This document shows, piece after piece, positions 1 through 14,700 of a stretch of DNA of 46,163 nt; the stretch's first letter is position 1; each line of letters begins with the position of its first letter. The notes below the pieces were generated by a model. The model was not told where the DNA came from, made no database searches, and saw only the letters and a program-made list of their open reading frames with translations. Source of the stretch: Macrostomum lignano (Eukaryota); NCBI GenBank assembly GCA_002269645.1, contig NIVC01003715.1, forward strand, positions 1-46,163, in the 5' to 3' direction. A program made the translations under genes and the position numbers.

Positions 1-2863
1 AAACCGAAAAAAGCTTTAAAAACTGAAAGCTGCATGATGTACTATTTTAAATTTCGATCTCAAACTGTATAATGTTAAAGTTGAAAACAAACTTGAGACA
101 CTAATTGCAAATTAGAGATCGTGATAGTCCTAAAGCAGCTATTGCATTTGATCCTTATAATATTATCTTCGACAAGATTCAAAACAAAAAATAATAATAA
201 CTTTTTAAATTCGTATACTTAAGACTCTGAGGTGTGAATTTTGAAAACCAGTAAATTTGTTATTTAAGTTTATTTTCGTTGCTAATATACTTGTAGCTGT
301 AAAAAAGAATCAAGACCGCGAGACCAGGCTTCTCTTTTAAAGAAAACAGATAACAAGAGCGGTACATTATGATAAGTAGACAGTAGACACGTAAAGCATA
401 CATGTGTATTTATTTATAAATATATGACGCGAAAATAATATATCTTTGTACACAAAATGAATGCAGTCTATATTACAATATCATGTGACTGTACAGAATG
501 AACATGTGAGCATTTCAACTCTAAGAATATTTAACTGTTGGCATTCTATTATAGGTTAATATGGTGATACTTTTGTTTATGAAGACACGATTCAACAATA
601 TAGGATGATTGAGGATGCTCATGAACTACAGAGCCGAAACTCACTCAGATTCAATCACTCAATATTATAAGACAGTTAAGATATTCAATGAGTTTAAAGG
701 GAAGAAAAACACGAACACAATGAGCGATCGAGGTAACAATTTAATAATGATATAAACAATAGCAATACAAATCCAACAAATTAATTAGGCACATTGTAAG
801 CTACAAATTGCGATAAGTTACCTGTGATATGATTATTATTAGTATGTCTTAACCACCATTATTTAAGCAGTTGTATACTACTTGTACATACCAGTAGTGT
901 GGAGGCAATATCTAAGTAAAAAACGCGACACAAATAGACATACAATTCAGAGGCAGCAATACAATTTGAACACAGGTAGGTGCACACTACAAGAAAATGC
1001 AAACCAAAACTCAACACTGCAGGAAGAATCGAAGCAAGATAGTGAACTACAATGTAGCTGGTAACAACTGCAGACGCAGACAATTCATGAAGGTATGTGC
1101 TAGCTAGATATTAAAAAACCATGAAAAAACAGAGCTCACTCAGATTTTTTACTTTGCTACAACAATTAAAAGCGCAATTGTTACATTTGCACACATCAGA
1201 TAGATACTACTAAGCTCTAATTCAGTAGTTTATTTACATTGTCTTATCTTTTCTGCTTAATTAAAACTTACACTGGCCAAATTCGCACCACAGATACCAC
1301 AATAACTAGATGGGCCGTACATTTGCGTGTAAGCTACTTTCAGTTCAGTAGTAAGTTTAACTGAAGCATTTAAATGTCTTTTTAAAGATTAGGCTCTTTT
1401 ATTGGCTCTGGTCCCCAGCTTAAACCCTTGAACTCCACACAGAACCTCTACCCTGCCCCGCCACCCAATTTTTATTGCCTTTCTAGGAATTAGTCTAAAT
1501 CTGCCATGTACATTTCCGTGGACTGGCCAATGTACATTATGGCTGAACCAAGTTGTTTACGCCTGCTAGCTTTGGGCTTCTAAATTTATCAAAGTGATTT
1601 TAGCTGCCTTCTTATAAAACAGCTTACATATTCTTCATTGCTACTGAACTGAAAGTAGAAAGCTGTTTTGCTAAATATATATCTGGTTATACTAGTATCT
1701 GTGATTTGCACCAAGTTCACGAAAATTCAATTGAGAAAATCGTGCAAACGGACAGAGCTTGTCTATGGGCTAAACCCTATCAGACACTAAATGTGTTTTA
1801 ATTTTCGATAACGCTTTTTCAAGCTTGGTTACTTGGAAAGAAACGTGTTGAAGAAATGAAAATATGGAACATACAGTTACTTTCACCTATTAGTTCGCGA
1901 TACTTGACACTTCGTGTTTGTTTATATAAAAAAACTTTAACCTTGATGCGAACTTTCGAATCAAAGTCCACGAAGACGCACATTACTGCTCACATTGCAA
2001 ATTGAAGCTAGCTTTCTAAAAAAACGATAATATAAAAATATATATAATCTATGTGTTAGCTAACTAAAAAGACAGGACAAAAATAATTTTGGCACATATA
2101 GTTTCTAACATTCATTCTAATTATCCTTATACCCAGTGATAAAAAGGTAAAAATAAATATATACGAGAAGTCCTGCGCTGCAGTATTATAAATATGATTT
2201 ATCATTATAACAAACCCGATAATTACACGTATAAAATACAACTACAACATCAATGCATATTCAGATAATAAGACATAAACTAACAGACGAGTAGCGAAGT
2301 TGTTTGTTTATAACACAAATTCAGGCACTTTATTTACTATAAAGAAACTCTCAAAAGAACTATACAGACCCGATGAGAACGGTACCCAGGCCAAGAAGCG
2401 TCCCAGAGTCGTTGCAGGTAACACAGGTGAAATAGGAAAGAACTGACTCTAGACGACTCTGAAATGACGAGATACTCAAGGATCCTCAAGGCGTTTTATT
2501 GTCTGCGACTCTGAAACGACTCTGGGGCCGTAGAGTCGCATCTGAGACGTGCCAGAGTCGCTGCAGAATCACCGAGTTGCGTCTGAAGCGCATCTGCGTC
2601 ACTTTATGAATCGGAATCGCATTTCGCATTTATAACAACTCTATTCAGCCTACTTGAGTCAGTAGAAAGTTAAGCGCCAACAAAACGACTTTTGGACGAC
2701 TTTTTCGCGACTTTTAACGATTCTGCAACTCACGTGATGAGCTCGTGACTCAACAGTCGCTTTTGTTTGCAATGACACTTTAGCGATTCTTGTCTTAGTA
2801 GCGTTTCCAATGGACTATTAATAGTTTGCAACCCACGCACCAACAACAAACAAGAAAGTACTG

Positions 2864-3297
2864 TCAGTGCCAACTGGAATCTGTGAGCCCAGTCTGCCCG
2901 CGTCGCTGCCCAATGCCGCTCCCAGCCAGAAGGCATTGAAGCTCTTCGCCGTTCCTAGCGGCCGCCGCGACCGCAGCCTCGGCCTCATCTACCGAAACAG
3001 AGTGCTGCAGGCCCGTGGGTTTCCGCTGGTGCTGCTGCTGCTGACAGCCGGGGCCGCCGCCGCAGCCGGGGAAGCCGCAGTTCGGCCGACGACAGGAGGT
3101 CAGAGCCCTGTCGGCTGCACCGCCGCCGCCGCCGCCGCCGCCTGCGACTGAAACGGCGGTATTAGTGGCGTTGGCGGCGGCGGCTGCTGCTGCAGCTGCG
3201 GCGAGTACCATGTTGCCAATCTCGATGGCACTGTTGTTGCGATGGTGATGACCGTGCGGCGGCAGCGGCGGCGGCTGCTGGTGGGCATTCGACCGAC
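2864..3297 (-). CDS. vkr: VKR exon 12, low-complexity C-terminal tail to stop
   Basis: Acceptor CCCCCTCAG|G; phase 1 leads into track ORF 2864-3211 (poly-A/G/Q runs). Confidence 0.7.
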
Positions 3298-3596
3298 CTG
3301 AGGGGGGATACGAGTAGAGTTGAGTGACAGGAGAACAAAAAATAATCTGAGATTTCTTACTCAGCGTTGTGTATAAAATTTATAGATAGATGGCACGCAT
3401 ATATACACGAGAGGTTAATCAGTGATGAATGGCAATCGCTTAAGACTGAAAGAAAAAGGAACACTATGTACTACTAATAGTGTTATAATCTGTGCCTTAA
3501 TTTATATTTTTATCATCTAGTTACGGATAGCAATCTGTCTGTTTTCATAACTTCAGCATAACAGACAGACAGACAGACAGACAGGCAGACAGACAG

Positions 3597-3671
<75 letters not shown>

Positions 3672-4254
3672 GGCGAGCTCACCAGATTGGTTTCGGGATC
3701 TGGAGCCGCTGCCGCTGGAAGCCTCCGCATTGCTAGCCGAAGCTCCCAGCCGGCCAGAGTGATGATGATGCCGTTGATGATGCGAGATGCTGGACATGAG
3801 ATTGGGCCCGCCGCCGCCAGAACTGGGCATGGGGAACATCTCCTCGGGCGGCTGGCTGGGCGGGGACTCCTCCAGGCAGGCGTACACGCAGCCGGGATTG
3901 TCCTGCAGCCGGTTGAGCACCTCGCTGATTAGAGGCCGCTCCGCAGGATTATAGCGCCAACAGTCGGTGACGAGGGCGCGCAGGGCGGTGCTGGCGCTTT
4001 CCGGGAAATGGTTCAACAGGGTGGCACCTCGTACAATATTGTGGCTGACCTGTAGGATGGGATAAGAATTACTACGAGATGTATATATTCATATATCTAT
4101 ATATTACTGCTGCTTGATATGGGTAACTAAACTATCTCTATTTATCTATCTATGAACAATCATTCAATTACGTAATCAAACAATCAGTCAATCAACCAAT
4201 AATCAATTAATCAATCAACTAAATAATTAATCAGTCAACCAATCAATTAATTAG

Positions 4255-4296
<42 letters not shown>

Positions 4297-7200
4297 CTTA
4301 ACATTGCTAAGCCTCTCTGACCCACAGAAGTTGCAGCAATCTTCAGACACCCGAGTTTACATACAGATTACTCAAATTTGACTACTGAAATTTTGTCATG
4401 AATCAAAGGAGCAGATTTTGAGGAGCAGAAAACTTGCCTGCTGATGCGACAATTCGTAGAATGGAAATTTGCCAAACGTGACCAGTTCGTACAGTACAAC
4501 AGCGTAGGCCCACACGTCGCTTTTCACAGTGTAGAAAGCGTACTGAATAGCTTCTGGCGGCATCCAGCGCATTGGTACGGCATTAGCCGAGCTCATTCGA
4601 TAATAGTCTGGAGCGAATCTGGCTAAGCCGAAGTCGCCAATTTTCACCGTGTAGCTGGCGTGAATCAGGCAGTTGCGCAGGGCTAAGTCGCTAGAAAAGA
4701 AGTTTTAAAAAGGTTCTTTATAATTATACTGACGATACACAGTCAAACTACTGTTAGCAGTCTGAACTGGTGTTAGAAATCGTAAAATATTTGCAGTAGG
4801 ACATAGTTTAAAAACGGGACAATATTTGCTTTTACGCTACTGATAGTAGTTTTCAGTTGCGGAAATATCGGTAATTAGGCTAAGTTTGGATTTTGCGGGA
4901 TTTATTATTAGTAAAGAGCAGTTGAGCACTCGAGAAAAAGCATGCTGGGATGCAGTCTTTTGACTTAAAATAAGGGACTAGGACATAGAAAATAGGAAAT
5001 GAATATAGTATTAGAGGAGTCCTGCCTCTAAAATCAGGGAGTCTTGCTAAAGCATGGAGATAGAACTGGGAAATTCAATGTAAAACTTTTTTGTATGCTG
5101 ACAATCTTATTATTGATAACATGTACTTAAATAAAACTAAGAGTATCAGGATTAGGGAGTATCAGGAAACCCGGTAAGACGTCCTGGGGAATGAGTTCGT
5201 CCCGAATCGGGGATACCGGCTGAGTCCGGGTCCTCTTGTGCCTTGTGCCCTTTTCCCGACCCCTTGGCCCGGCCTCCAATCTAAAGCTGGATAGGTGATA
5301 CCCTTGTGGCTTGCAGCCCTATAGGAGGGTCTTGCAACGTCTACCTCTTGATAGGAGACTCGCCCTTGGAAACAAGCCTTCCAGCCAAACTCCAAAGTTC
5401 CTAACCATTGCTTTTTTCCGTAGACCTCTGGGGTTTCCCCGGTCTCGGACCGCTCTAAGTAGCAACAAAGCTTTTTCAAACCTTTTTTCGCGCGCACTCC
5501 CAAGGACTTGTCTGCTGGGTGGTGGCCTGGGTGGACTCAGTCCTAGCACCGTCCCTGATTCCACTGTTGGGTTGGCGGTGCCTTAGTCTATAGGCTTGGG
5601 TTAGTAGTAGTTCACACCCAACCCTAGCCAAGACGTTAGGGTCTAACTAAATTTAGTGGGTATCTCAGGCTTAGGCCCCTGGAAGTGCCCATCAGCGGCA
5701 GAGCCCCTCCCAGGGCTGATCCGCGGGTAGCAACAGCTCCCACCCCCGTTTAACAATAACAAACCCGGTAAGACGTAAAGACGTCAGTAAAGACGGTCTC
5801 CGACTGTTTTTACCCTGGCTGCCTCTCTGGCGGCATTTCTCGGGGTTGTGCGCAATCCAATTGGCCTGGCTCTCGCTAGCCCAATCCTAAAGAGTCTTCA
5901 GCGGAGGTGATGTAGTTATCTAAAAATAATCCATCTTTTTCGTACATTCCAATTATTTCGGCACTCGGCCTTGGTTTAGGGGGGTGTACCTGGAGTGAGT
6001 GCGTACTCTGGACGGGGGGGCATCACAAACCCGAAAAATCACAACTCCGAAAAGAGCTTTCCATCATAAACCTGAAATATCATAAACCCGAAATATCACA
6101 AACCCGAAATATCATAACTCCGAAAGTGTTAGCAACGCCCATCATAAACCCGAAAAATCACAAACCCGAAACATCATATCTCCGAAAACAAAAATAGCAT
6201 TGCCCATCTTAAACCCGAAATATCATAAACCCGAAATATCATAACTCCGAAAGTTCTAGCAATGTCCAACACTATTTTGGTTTTCGGAGTTATGCTATTT
6301 CGGGTTTATGATGGGCAATGCTATTTTGCCATTTTTGGTTTTCGGAGTTGTGATTTTGAAGTTTATGATATTTCGGGTTTATGATGGGCGTTGCTATTTT
6401 GTTTTTCGGAGTTATGATATTTCGGGTTTGTGATAATTCGGGTTTATGATATTTCGGGTTTATGATGGGAAGTGCTTTCGGAGTTGTGATTTTTCGGGTT
6501 TCTGATGGCGACCCCTGCCTCTGGACTGCAGTGTGGCTAGAACGGGACTTGAGCCCCCCGGTCGCACCCGCCCTGCAGGAAAAAAATGACCATTCACAAA
6601 GGTGTACGGTAGAGCCCAGTAGCATGCCAGCCCTGAGGCTGAGCCCCGGGTTTAGGGTTCAGGTGCTCCTCCCATTGCTTTTATCCCTTGTGTTTTATCT
6701 GGGCTGGCATCCCAGTTTTAATCCTTTGTGCTTTTACCTGGCATTAGTTTGCCATTCCCACATTGGAGTTATGAGCTCTGCCCTCCCTGCCCGGTCCATC
6801 TTTCTCTCCTCGGTCTACATGCTGGCTCCTCTGGTTGCCTCCCTGCCCTAGTGTCTTGGCTCTCATCCTGACAGTGGATTGGAGTCCTGGGTTGGATGTT
6901 CGTTCCGAATCGGGGATACCGGCTGAGTCCGGGTCCTCTTGCTCATTGTGCCCCTTCCCGACCCCTTGGCCTGGCCTCCAATATAGAGCTGGATAGGTGA
7001 CACCCCTTGTGGCTTGCAGCCCTGTAGGTAGTCCTGATCCTGCCTGACAGGAGACTCGCCCTCGGAAACAAACCTTCCAAACTCGCTCCAATAATTAGGC
7101 CTTTTCCGAGACTTCAGGGTCTCCCCGCTCTCGGAACGCTTTTCAGTAGTATCCCAAGAATTTTTCAATCCAATTTCGTTTTCGCGCAATCCCGGGATTC

Positions 7201-8336
7201 GTCTGCTGGGTGGTGGCCTGGGTGGACTTGGTCCTTGCGCCGTCCCTATTTCCACTAATATTGGGCTGGCTTGGGTTGGCTTGGGTTAGTCCATAAGGCT
7301 TGGGTTGGAAGACTCCCCTGGCCCAGACGTCAGGATCCAACCTCGGGGTATCTCGGGCTAAGGCCCTTGGTAGTGCCCCTCAGCGGCAGAGCCCCTCCCA
7401 GGGCTGATCGGGTAGCTCCCGGCTTCCCACCCCCGTTTAACAACAACAAACCCGGTGGTAGCAACCTGCCAAAATCAAACCAGTAGAATCCACTAAAGAA
7501 TAATTATAATAAACCAGTAGCTAAAACCGCAGAATCACGACTGCAGATTATTTGGCAAACTTGCCTAAGGCTATGAGCTTTGGATCAAAGCATCTGAGCA
7601 ACCCCCAAGAGCCTCGTCATCTCAGCAATCCTCTCATGCTGTACAATGAGCGCAATATAATTCATAGTCGAAAATTTCCCGCTAGATCCTAGCAACAAAG
7701 CATGTTTTGCAATTAATTAATCCTTGGTTCCGCTTGGAAAATTAGCAAATTTTTTTATGAAATCAATTACCTAGCAAGGTCTTTACTAGTACTAATTAGA
7801 CTACGAAGCATTCGAATAGTCTAAGATAGTCATAGTTACTCTTGCCGTTTACCCACAGATTTGCAGGTTAAACTGTATATATTTTTAATAATTAACAAAA
7901 TTAACAATTCATTTCTCAAAGCTCACCGATGCACTACAGGTGGGTCTTGCGAGTGCAGGTATTCCAATCCGCTGGCAATGTCGATGGCAAACTGGGTGAG
8001 CAGTTCCGGACTGGTGTCGCCGTCCGATCTGCACAGAGCCTGAGTAGTTTGAGAACACGGTTTCAATTGCTAGTAGTAAGAATATGCGAAGGTGATGCTC
8101 AGTGAACACTAATAATTAGTAATAATACACTCACGTGGGTGCGCCTAGCCATTAGAAACGATTTCAGATCGCCGTACAAACAGTTCTCCATAATAATTAG
8201 AAAAGGCTCCGCTGCGGTGCAAACAGCCAATAGACGGATTATGTTCTTGTGAGACAGGTGAGACAGGTGCTGCAATGTAGAGGAAGACTTTCTTTTACAC
8301 TGTGAATGACTAAGACACACACACTAAGACAGACGG

Positions 8337-8396
<60 letters not shown>

Positions 8397-8477
8397 CCAG
8401 ACAACAAGACAGACAGACAGGCAGACAATAAGACAGACGGACAGACAGACAACAAGACAGACAGACAGACAGGCAGG

Positions 8478-8523
<46 letters not shown>

Positions 8524-8561
8524 GGCAGACAGACAATAAGACAGACGGACAGACAGACAAC

Positions 8562-8593
<32 letters not shown>

Positions 8594-8599
8594 GGCAGG

Positions 8600-8633
<34 letters not shown>

Positions 8634-8656
8634 CTAAGACAGACAGACAGGCACTA

Positions 8657-8731
<75 letters not shown>

Positions 8732-11700
8732 TAGACAGACACTAAGACAGACAGACAGACAGACAGAGAGACAGGCACGCACAGAGAAGCAAACAAACAG
8801 CAATGCAGGTGCATACCTCGGCCTCTTCAAGAAACCGCAGCACATCCTCAGTCTTGGAGTCCTCCTGAATCAGCTTGATCGCGCAGGGTTCCCAGGTCTG
8901 CTGGTCAGCTAGAAACACCTCCCCGCCGTACACAAACGCAAAGCAGCCTTCGCCAATTTTCCTATTCATAATGACTTTCTCGCGAGCGACCTCCTTGTGC
9001 GAGAGTCGCTCTCTGATGTCTTTGAATGGCTGGCTCTGCTTACGGCGCATTCTGCGCTGGCAGTATCGGAGCAGGCCGAACAGCACCATGAGCAGACAGC
9101 CCAGTATGAGCAGCACGAGCACTATGCAGAATGCCGCCAGAGTCTCCAAGCAGGACCAGCCCGGCAGCAGGCGCATCAGGAACGCGGTCGGACAGTCCAG
9201 GTCCGCTCGCAACGGGCGGATAAATTTCCCATCGTAGGTGGCGAATCCCACGGCTTCGTTGGATTCAGACGGGTCTACGGGGATTTCTTCCACCGTGATT
9301 TTTTGTTCCCGGTCCGAGTGCCAGCGGTACCTGGGGAATTGCACGGGAATTCTTTTTGTCTTCAGTGGACTGTGAGAAGAAATTCAGTTTTAGATTCATA
9401 ACGAATTGATCTTAACTATTGATTAATGATGATGATTAAATGATTCGACCATCAGAGCGAATTGATTCCCATAATTCCCCGCAGATTGTCACAGTGAATT
9501 AATTTCCTCAAACTGTCAGAGTCCATTAATTCTCCTACTAGACTGTAAGACTGAATTAATTTCCATAGACTGTGTCAGAGTTAAATAATTCCCCTAGACT
9601 GAAATTGAAAGAGTGAATAAATTCCCCTAGACTGCCCGGGTGAATTAATTCCCCTAGACTGTAAGAGTGAATTAATTCCCATAGACTCTCAGAGTTAATT
9701 AATTCCACTGGACTGTTACGAGTGAATTAATTCCCCTAGACTGTAAGAGTAAACCCCTAGACCGTCCGGGTGAATTAATTCTCCTAGACCGTCAAAGTGA
9801 ATTAATTCCCCTAGACTGTAAGAGTGAATTAATTGCCCATAGACTGTCAGAGTGAATTAATTCCCCTAGTCTGTCACAGTGATTTAATTCCCTAGACTGT
9901 AAGAGTAAATTAATTCCCCAGACTGTCAGAGTGAATTAATTCCCCTAGACTGTAAGAGTGAATTAATTCCCCATAGACTGTCAGAGTGAATTAATTCCCC
10001 AAGACTGTAAGAGTGAGTTAATTCCCCAAGACTGTAAGAGTGAGGTAATTCCCCATAGACTGTAAGAGTGAATTAATTCCCCATAGACTGTCAGAGTGAA
10101 TTAATTCCCCTAGATTGTCCGGGTGAATTAATTTTCCTAGACCGTTAGAGTGAATTAATGCCCCTAGACTGTAAGAGTGAATTAATTCCCCAAGAATGTC
10201 AGAGTGAATTAATTCCCCCAGACTGTCAGAGTAAATTCTGCGGCTTTCAATACGCTTAATTCAAGACTGAGAATTTAGTAATTCGTCACAGTCAATTATC
10301 GCAGCCACTCACTTAGCCAGTACTCGGCCGTGATAGCCGGCACCATTAGCGCGGTATCTGCGCAGCCAGACCATCATGTAGCCCTCGCTAACTGGCAATC
10401 GGCTATAGAAGTCATGGTCATCATTGCTCAAACTATTCTCCAATAATTTTCTATAAAGCTTCACAACTGAATCGCTTTTCAATCGTTGAATATAAATCGG
10501 ATCGCTGGTGTACAGACTGCCCAGAGCGCTAGCCAATAGGAAGATAGCGTCGCTAGTGTAGACACCAAAGTGATTCTCGGCGAACACATCGGCAGATGGC
10601 AGCTTGGCAACTGTTAGGTTCAATCTGCGACGGTACACGGCCAGCCTAGCTGGCGGCAGGTAGTTCTTTACAATTAGATGACCGTCGCTAACTGCCGTTA
10701 TCTCGGCGTTGGTGCAGCCTCCGATTTCGCCGCTGCCGCCGCCGCCGCCGCTGCCGCCGCCAAATTCGTCTGCCAGCGCCCCGGTGCCCGTGCAGTTCGC
10801 TCCGGCGTCGGTGAAAATCTCCTTGGCCCAATTGGCTAAGATAAATGCGTAATTATTGCGCTGCGACATAGCGAGCTGGTGGGCTGCGCACAGGTATAAA
10901 CAGGTGCCGCGACGAAAATAGTCCATCACGATTACCTGGGAGGGACAGGCTATTAAAGTTGATCGATTCTTGAACCATCTTTTACTCATCTGTTCACACT
11001 ATGGACTCTTTTTTAGTTATCTCTCACTAGCTGAGTGGGGAACCAGTCTGCTTATGCAGGTTAATAGTTGGGGGAATTTCTCACTAGCTGAGTGGGGAAT
11101 CAGTCTGCTTATGCAGGCTAATAGTTGGGGGAATTTCTCACTAGCTGAGTGGGGAATCAGTCTGCTTATGCAGGTTAATAGTTGGGGGAATTTCTCACTA
11201 GCTGAGTGGGGAATCAGTCTGCTTATGCAGGCTAATAGTTGGGGGAATTTCTCACTAGCTGAGTGGGGAATCAGTCTGCTTATGCAGGTTAATAGCTAGG
11301 GGAATTTCTCACTAGCTGAGTGGGGAATTAGTCTGCTTATGCAGGTTAATAGTTGGGGGAATTTCTCACTAGCTGAGTGGGGAATTAGTCTGCTTATGCA
11401 GGTTAATAGTTGGGGGAATTTCTCACTAGCTGAGTGGGGAATCAGTCTGCTTATGCAGGCTAATAGTTGGGGGAATTTCTCACTAGCTGAGTGGGGAATC
11501 AGTCTGCTTATGCAGGCTAATAGTTGGGGGAATTTCTCACTAGCTGAGTGGGGAATCAGTCTGCTTATGCAGGTTAATAGCTAGGGGAATTTCTCACTAG
11601 CTGAGTGTAGAATCAGTCTGCTTATGCAAGTAAATAGTTAGGGGAATTTTCAACGTGTAGAATTGAGTCTACAAAATCGCTAACTGACTACTAAAAGTAG

Positions 11701-14700
11701 ACTACTACAGCACTTACCTGGCATTGAGCCTCTTTGGCGCGTCGAAGTGAATCCAAAGCCCGGTGCAAAGTTAAATCTTTTTCGGCCACCACTTCTACTA
11801 GGCACAGGTGCTCGTTAAAGTCCAAGCTAAGGTGTTGAAAATATAAAGGTAAGGGGTTCTATCAGTAACTAAGTAACACCAAATATGGATGCCTAATGGG
11901 GATAATCAATGGATGACAAAAATCTGGTTCATGAATAGCTTGGTTTATAGAGGTTGTAGTGGGCAGGCTGAGATTCAAATGAAAAGTCTGACAAGCTGGG
12001 ATTATAATGGACCTATTCAAATTTCAATAGATACACAGGTGAGACGGAGATCCCAGTGGACACAAAGGTTGATTTGGAGACACCAGTGGACACACAGATT
12101 GAAATGGAGATACCAGTGGACACAAAGGTTGAAACGGAGATCCCAGTGGACACAAAGGTAGAAACGGAAATCCCAGTGGACACAAAGGTTGAAACGGAGA
12201 TACCAGTGGACACAAAGGTTGAAACGGAGATACCAGTGGACACAGATTGAAATGGAGATCCCAGTGGACACAGATTGAAATGGAGATCCCAGTGGACACA
12301 AAGGTTGAAACGGAGATACCAGTGGACACAAAGGTTGAAACGGAGATACCAGTGGACACAGATTGAAATGGAGATCCCAGTGGACACAGATTGAAATGGA
12401 GATCCCAGTGGACACAAAGGTTGAAATGGAGATCCCAGTGGACACAAAGGTTGAAATGGAGATCCCAGTGGACACAAAGGTTGAAACGGAGATACCAGTG
12501 GACACAAAGGTTGAAACGGAGATACCAGTGGACACAAAGGTAGAAACGGAGATACCAGTGGACACAGATTGAAATGGAGATACCAGTGGACACAGATTGA
12601 AATGGAGATCCCAGTGGACACAAAGGTTGAAATGGAGATCCCAGTGGACACAAGGGTTGAAACGGAGATACCAGTGGACACAAAGGTTGAAATGGAGATC
12701 CCAGTGGATACAAGGGTTGAAATGGAGATCCCAGTGGACACAAGGGTTGAAATGGAGATACCAGTGGACACAGATTGAAATGGAGATACCAGTGGACATA
12801 GGTTGAAAAGGAGATCCCAGTGGACACAAGGGTTGAAATGGAGATCCCAGTGGACACAAGGGTTAAAATGGAGATCCCAGTGGACACAAGGGTTAAAATG
12901 GAGATCCCAGTGGACACAAGGGTTGAAATGGAGATCCCAGTGGACACAAGGGTTGATATGGAGATACCAGTGGACACAAGGGTAGATATGGAGATACCAG
13001 TGGACACAAAGGTTGAAACGGAGATCCCAGTGGACACAAAGGTTGAAACGGAGATCCCAGTGGACACAAAGGTTGAAACGGAGATACCAGTGGATACAAA
13101 GGTTGAAACGGAGATACCAGTGGACACAAGGGTTGATATGTAGATACCAGTGGACACAGATTGAAATGGAGATACCAGTGGACACAAGGGTTGAGATGAG
13201 ATGCTAATGAATAGCGAATGCCAGATATTAGAATCTGAAAAAGGCAATTCCAAAGACCTAAACAAATGCTACAAACCTGGAATAGAAAAGTTTCTGGTTG
13301 GTCAGCAGAGCCAGTTTTTCCCAACTGTACTTTCTAAGAAAGCTGGCCACCACCTCCGGATAGGCCGAATAGCTGGGCACTGTTCGATAAAAATTCGGAT
13401 AAACGTCGCGCCGATTGAACAGCGGCGACTCGACAGTCGGCGACACCACCGCGGTGCCGAGCCGGCTGCTGGCCTGGGCTACAGGTTCGGCAGTTTTCGA
13501 GCAGGTGGCCGCCACCACGCCCGCTAGCGGGCTGGCCGACTCAGCGGACAGGTCTGAGCAGTGCAGGCCCATGTAGAAGGCCAGCACTGAAGATGTCAAA
13601 CAGTCCAATCCGGCCGGCACAAGTTCGAATTGATGGTTGCTAAGCAACAATGAACAAAACGCCGCGTCCTTTGCGTTACCTTGGCAGCGCCACGAATTTA
13701 AAATGCCAACGGATTTTTTAGCGAATTCCAGCACACTTGGATCGTCAAACTCGAAGCCAGAGGGCCAGATTAAACCGATTCGAATTGGTGCCACGGCGAG
13801 CGACAGGCGGGGAGACGGCCAGAGTCTGGGATGGGGAGATGTTGAACTCTTTACTTTGTAGCTTATATTGAAATATAAACATTCGCAGGAGAGCTGCGGC
13901 CACCTCCGCAGACTGAGCACATACAAGCTCGCCCAATACTGCATGCAGGCACGCACTCATACACACGGGCACACAGGGTGGGCGTGTGTATGAAAATACA
14001 GGGAAAATTACAGGATCAAAACAGATAAAAAAACGGAATTCTATGAGCGCATATGAAGAACAGTAAACGCAATGCTTAGACAGACACAGTGGCCCACCGA
14101 GAGACAGGGGGGGGGGCGCCTACCAAGAGACAGGGGGCGCCTACCAAGAGACAGGGGCGTCCATCAAGAGACAGGGGCGCCCACCAAGAGACAGGGGGCG
14201 CCTACCAAGAGACAAGGGCGCCCACTAAGAGACAGGGGCGTCCACCAAAAGACAGGGGCGCCCACCAAGAGACAGGGGGCGCCTACCAAGAGACAAGGGC
14301 GTCCATCAAGAGACAGGGGCGCCCACCAAGAGACAGGGGGCGCCTACCAAGAGACAAGGGCGCCCACTAAGAGACAGGGGCGTCCACCAAAAGACAGGGG
14401 CGCCCACCAAGAGACAGGGGGCGCCTACCAAGAGACAAGGGCGCCCACCAAGAGACAGGGGCGTCCACCAAGAGACAGGGGGCACCTACCAAGAGACAGG
14501 GGCGTCCACCAAGAGACAGGGGCGTCCACCAAGAGACAAGGGCGCCCACCAAGAGACAGGGGCGTCCACCAAGAGACAGGGGCGCCCACCAAGAGACAGG
14601 GGCGTCCACCAAGAGACAGGGGCGCCCACCAAGAGACAGGGGCGCCTACCAAGAGACAAGGGCGCCCACCAAGAGACAGGGGTCACCCATCAAGAGACAG

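Noticed and set aside
1-2800. Short ORFs and CGACTCTG/CAGAGTCG motif cluster near 2400-2560
   Set aside because: AT-rich downstream region; no homology signal or defined element ends.
10970-11584. ORFs with a 19-aa repeat
   Set aside because: 57-bp array lacking stops in one frame; antisense within an intron.
12013-13324. Long Cys/His/Pro-rich ORFs
   Set aside because: Products of the 28/30-bp array; only the end overlapping VKR exon 4 is near real coding sequence, and in another frame.
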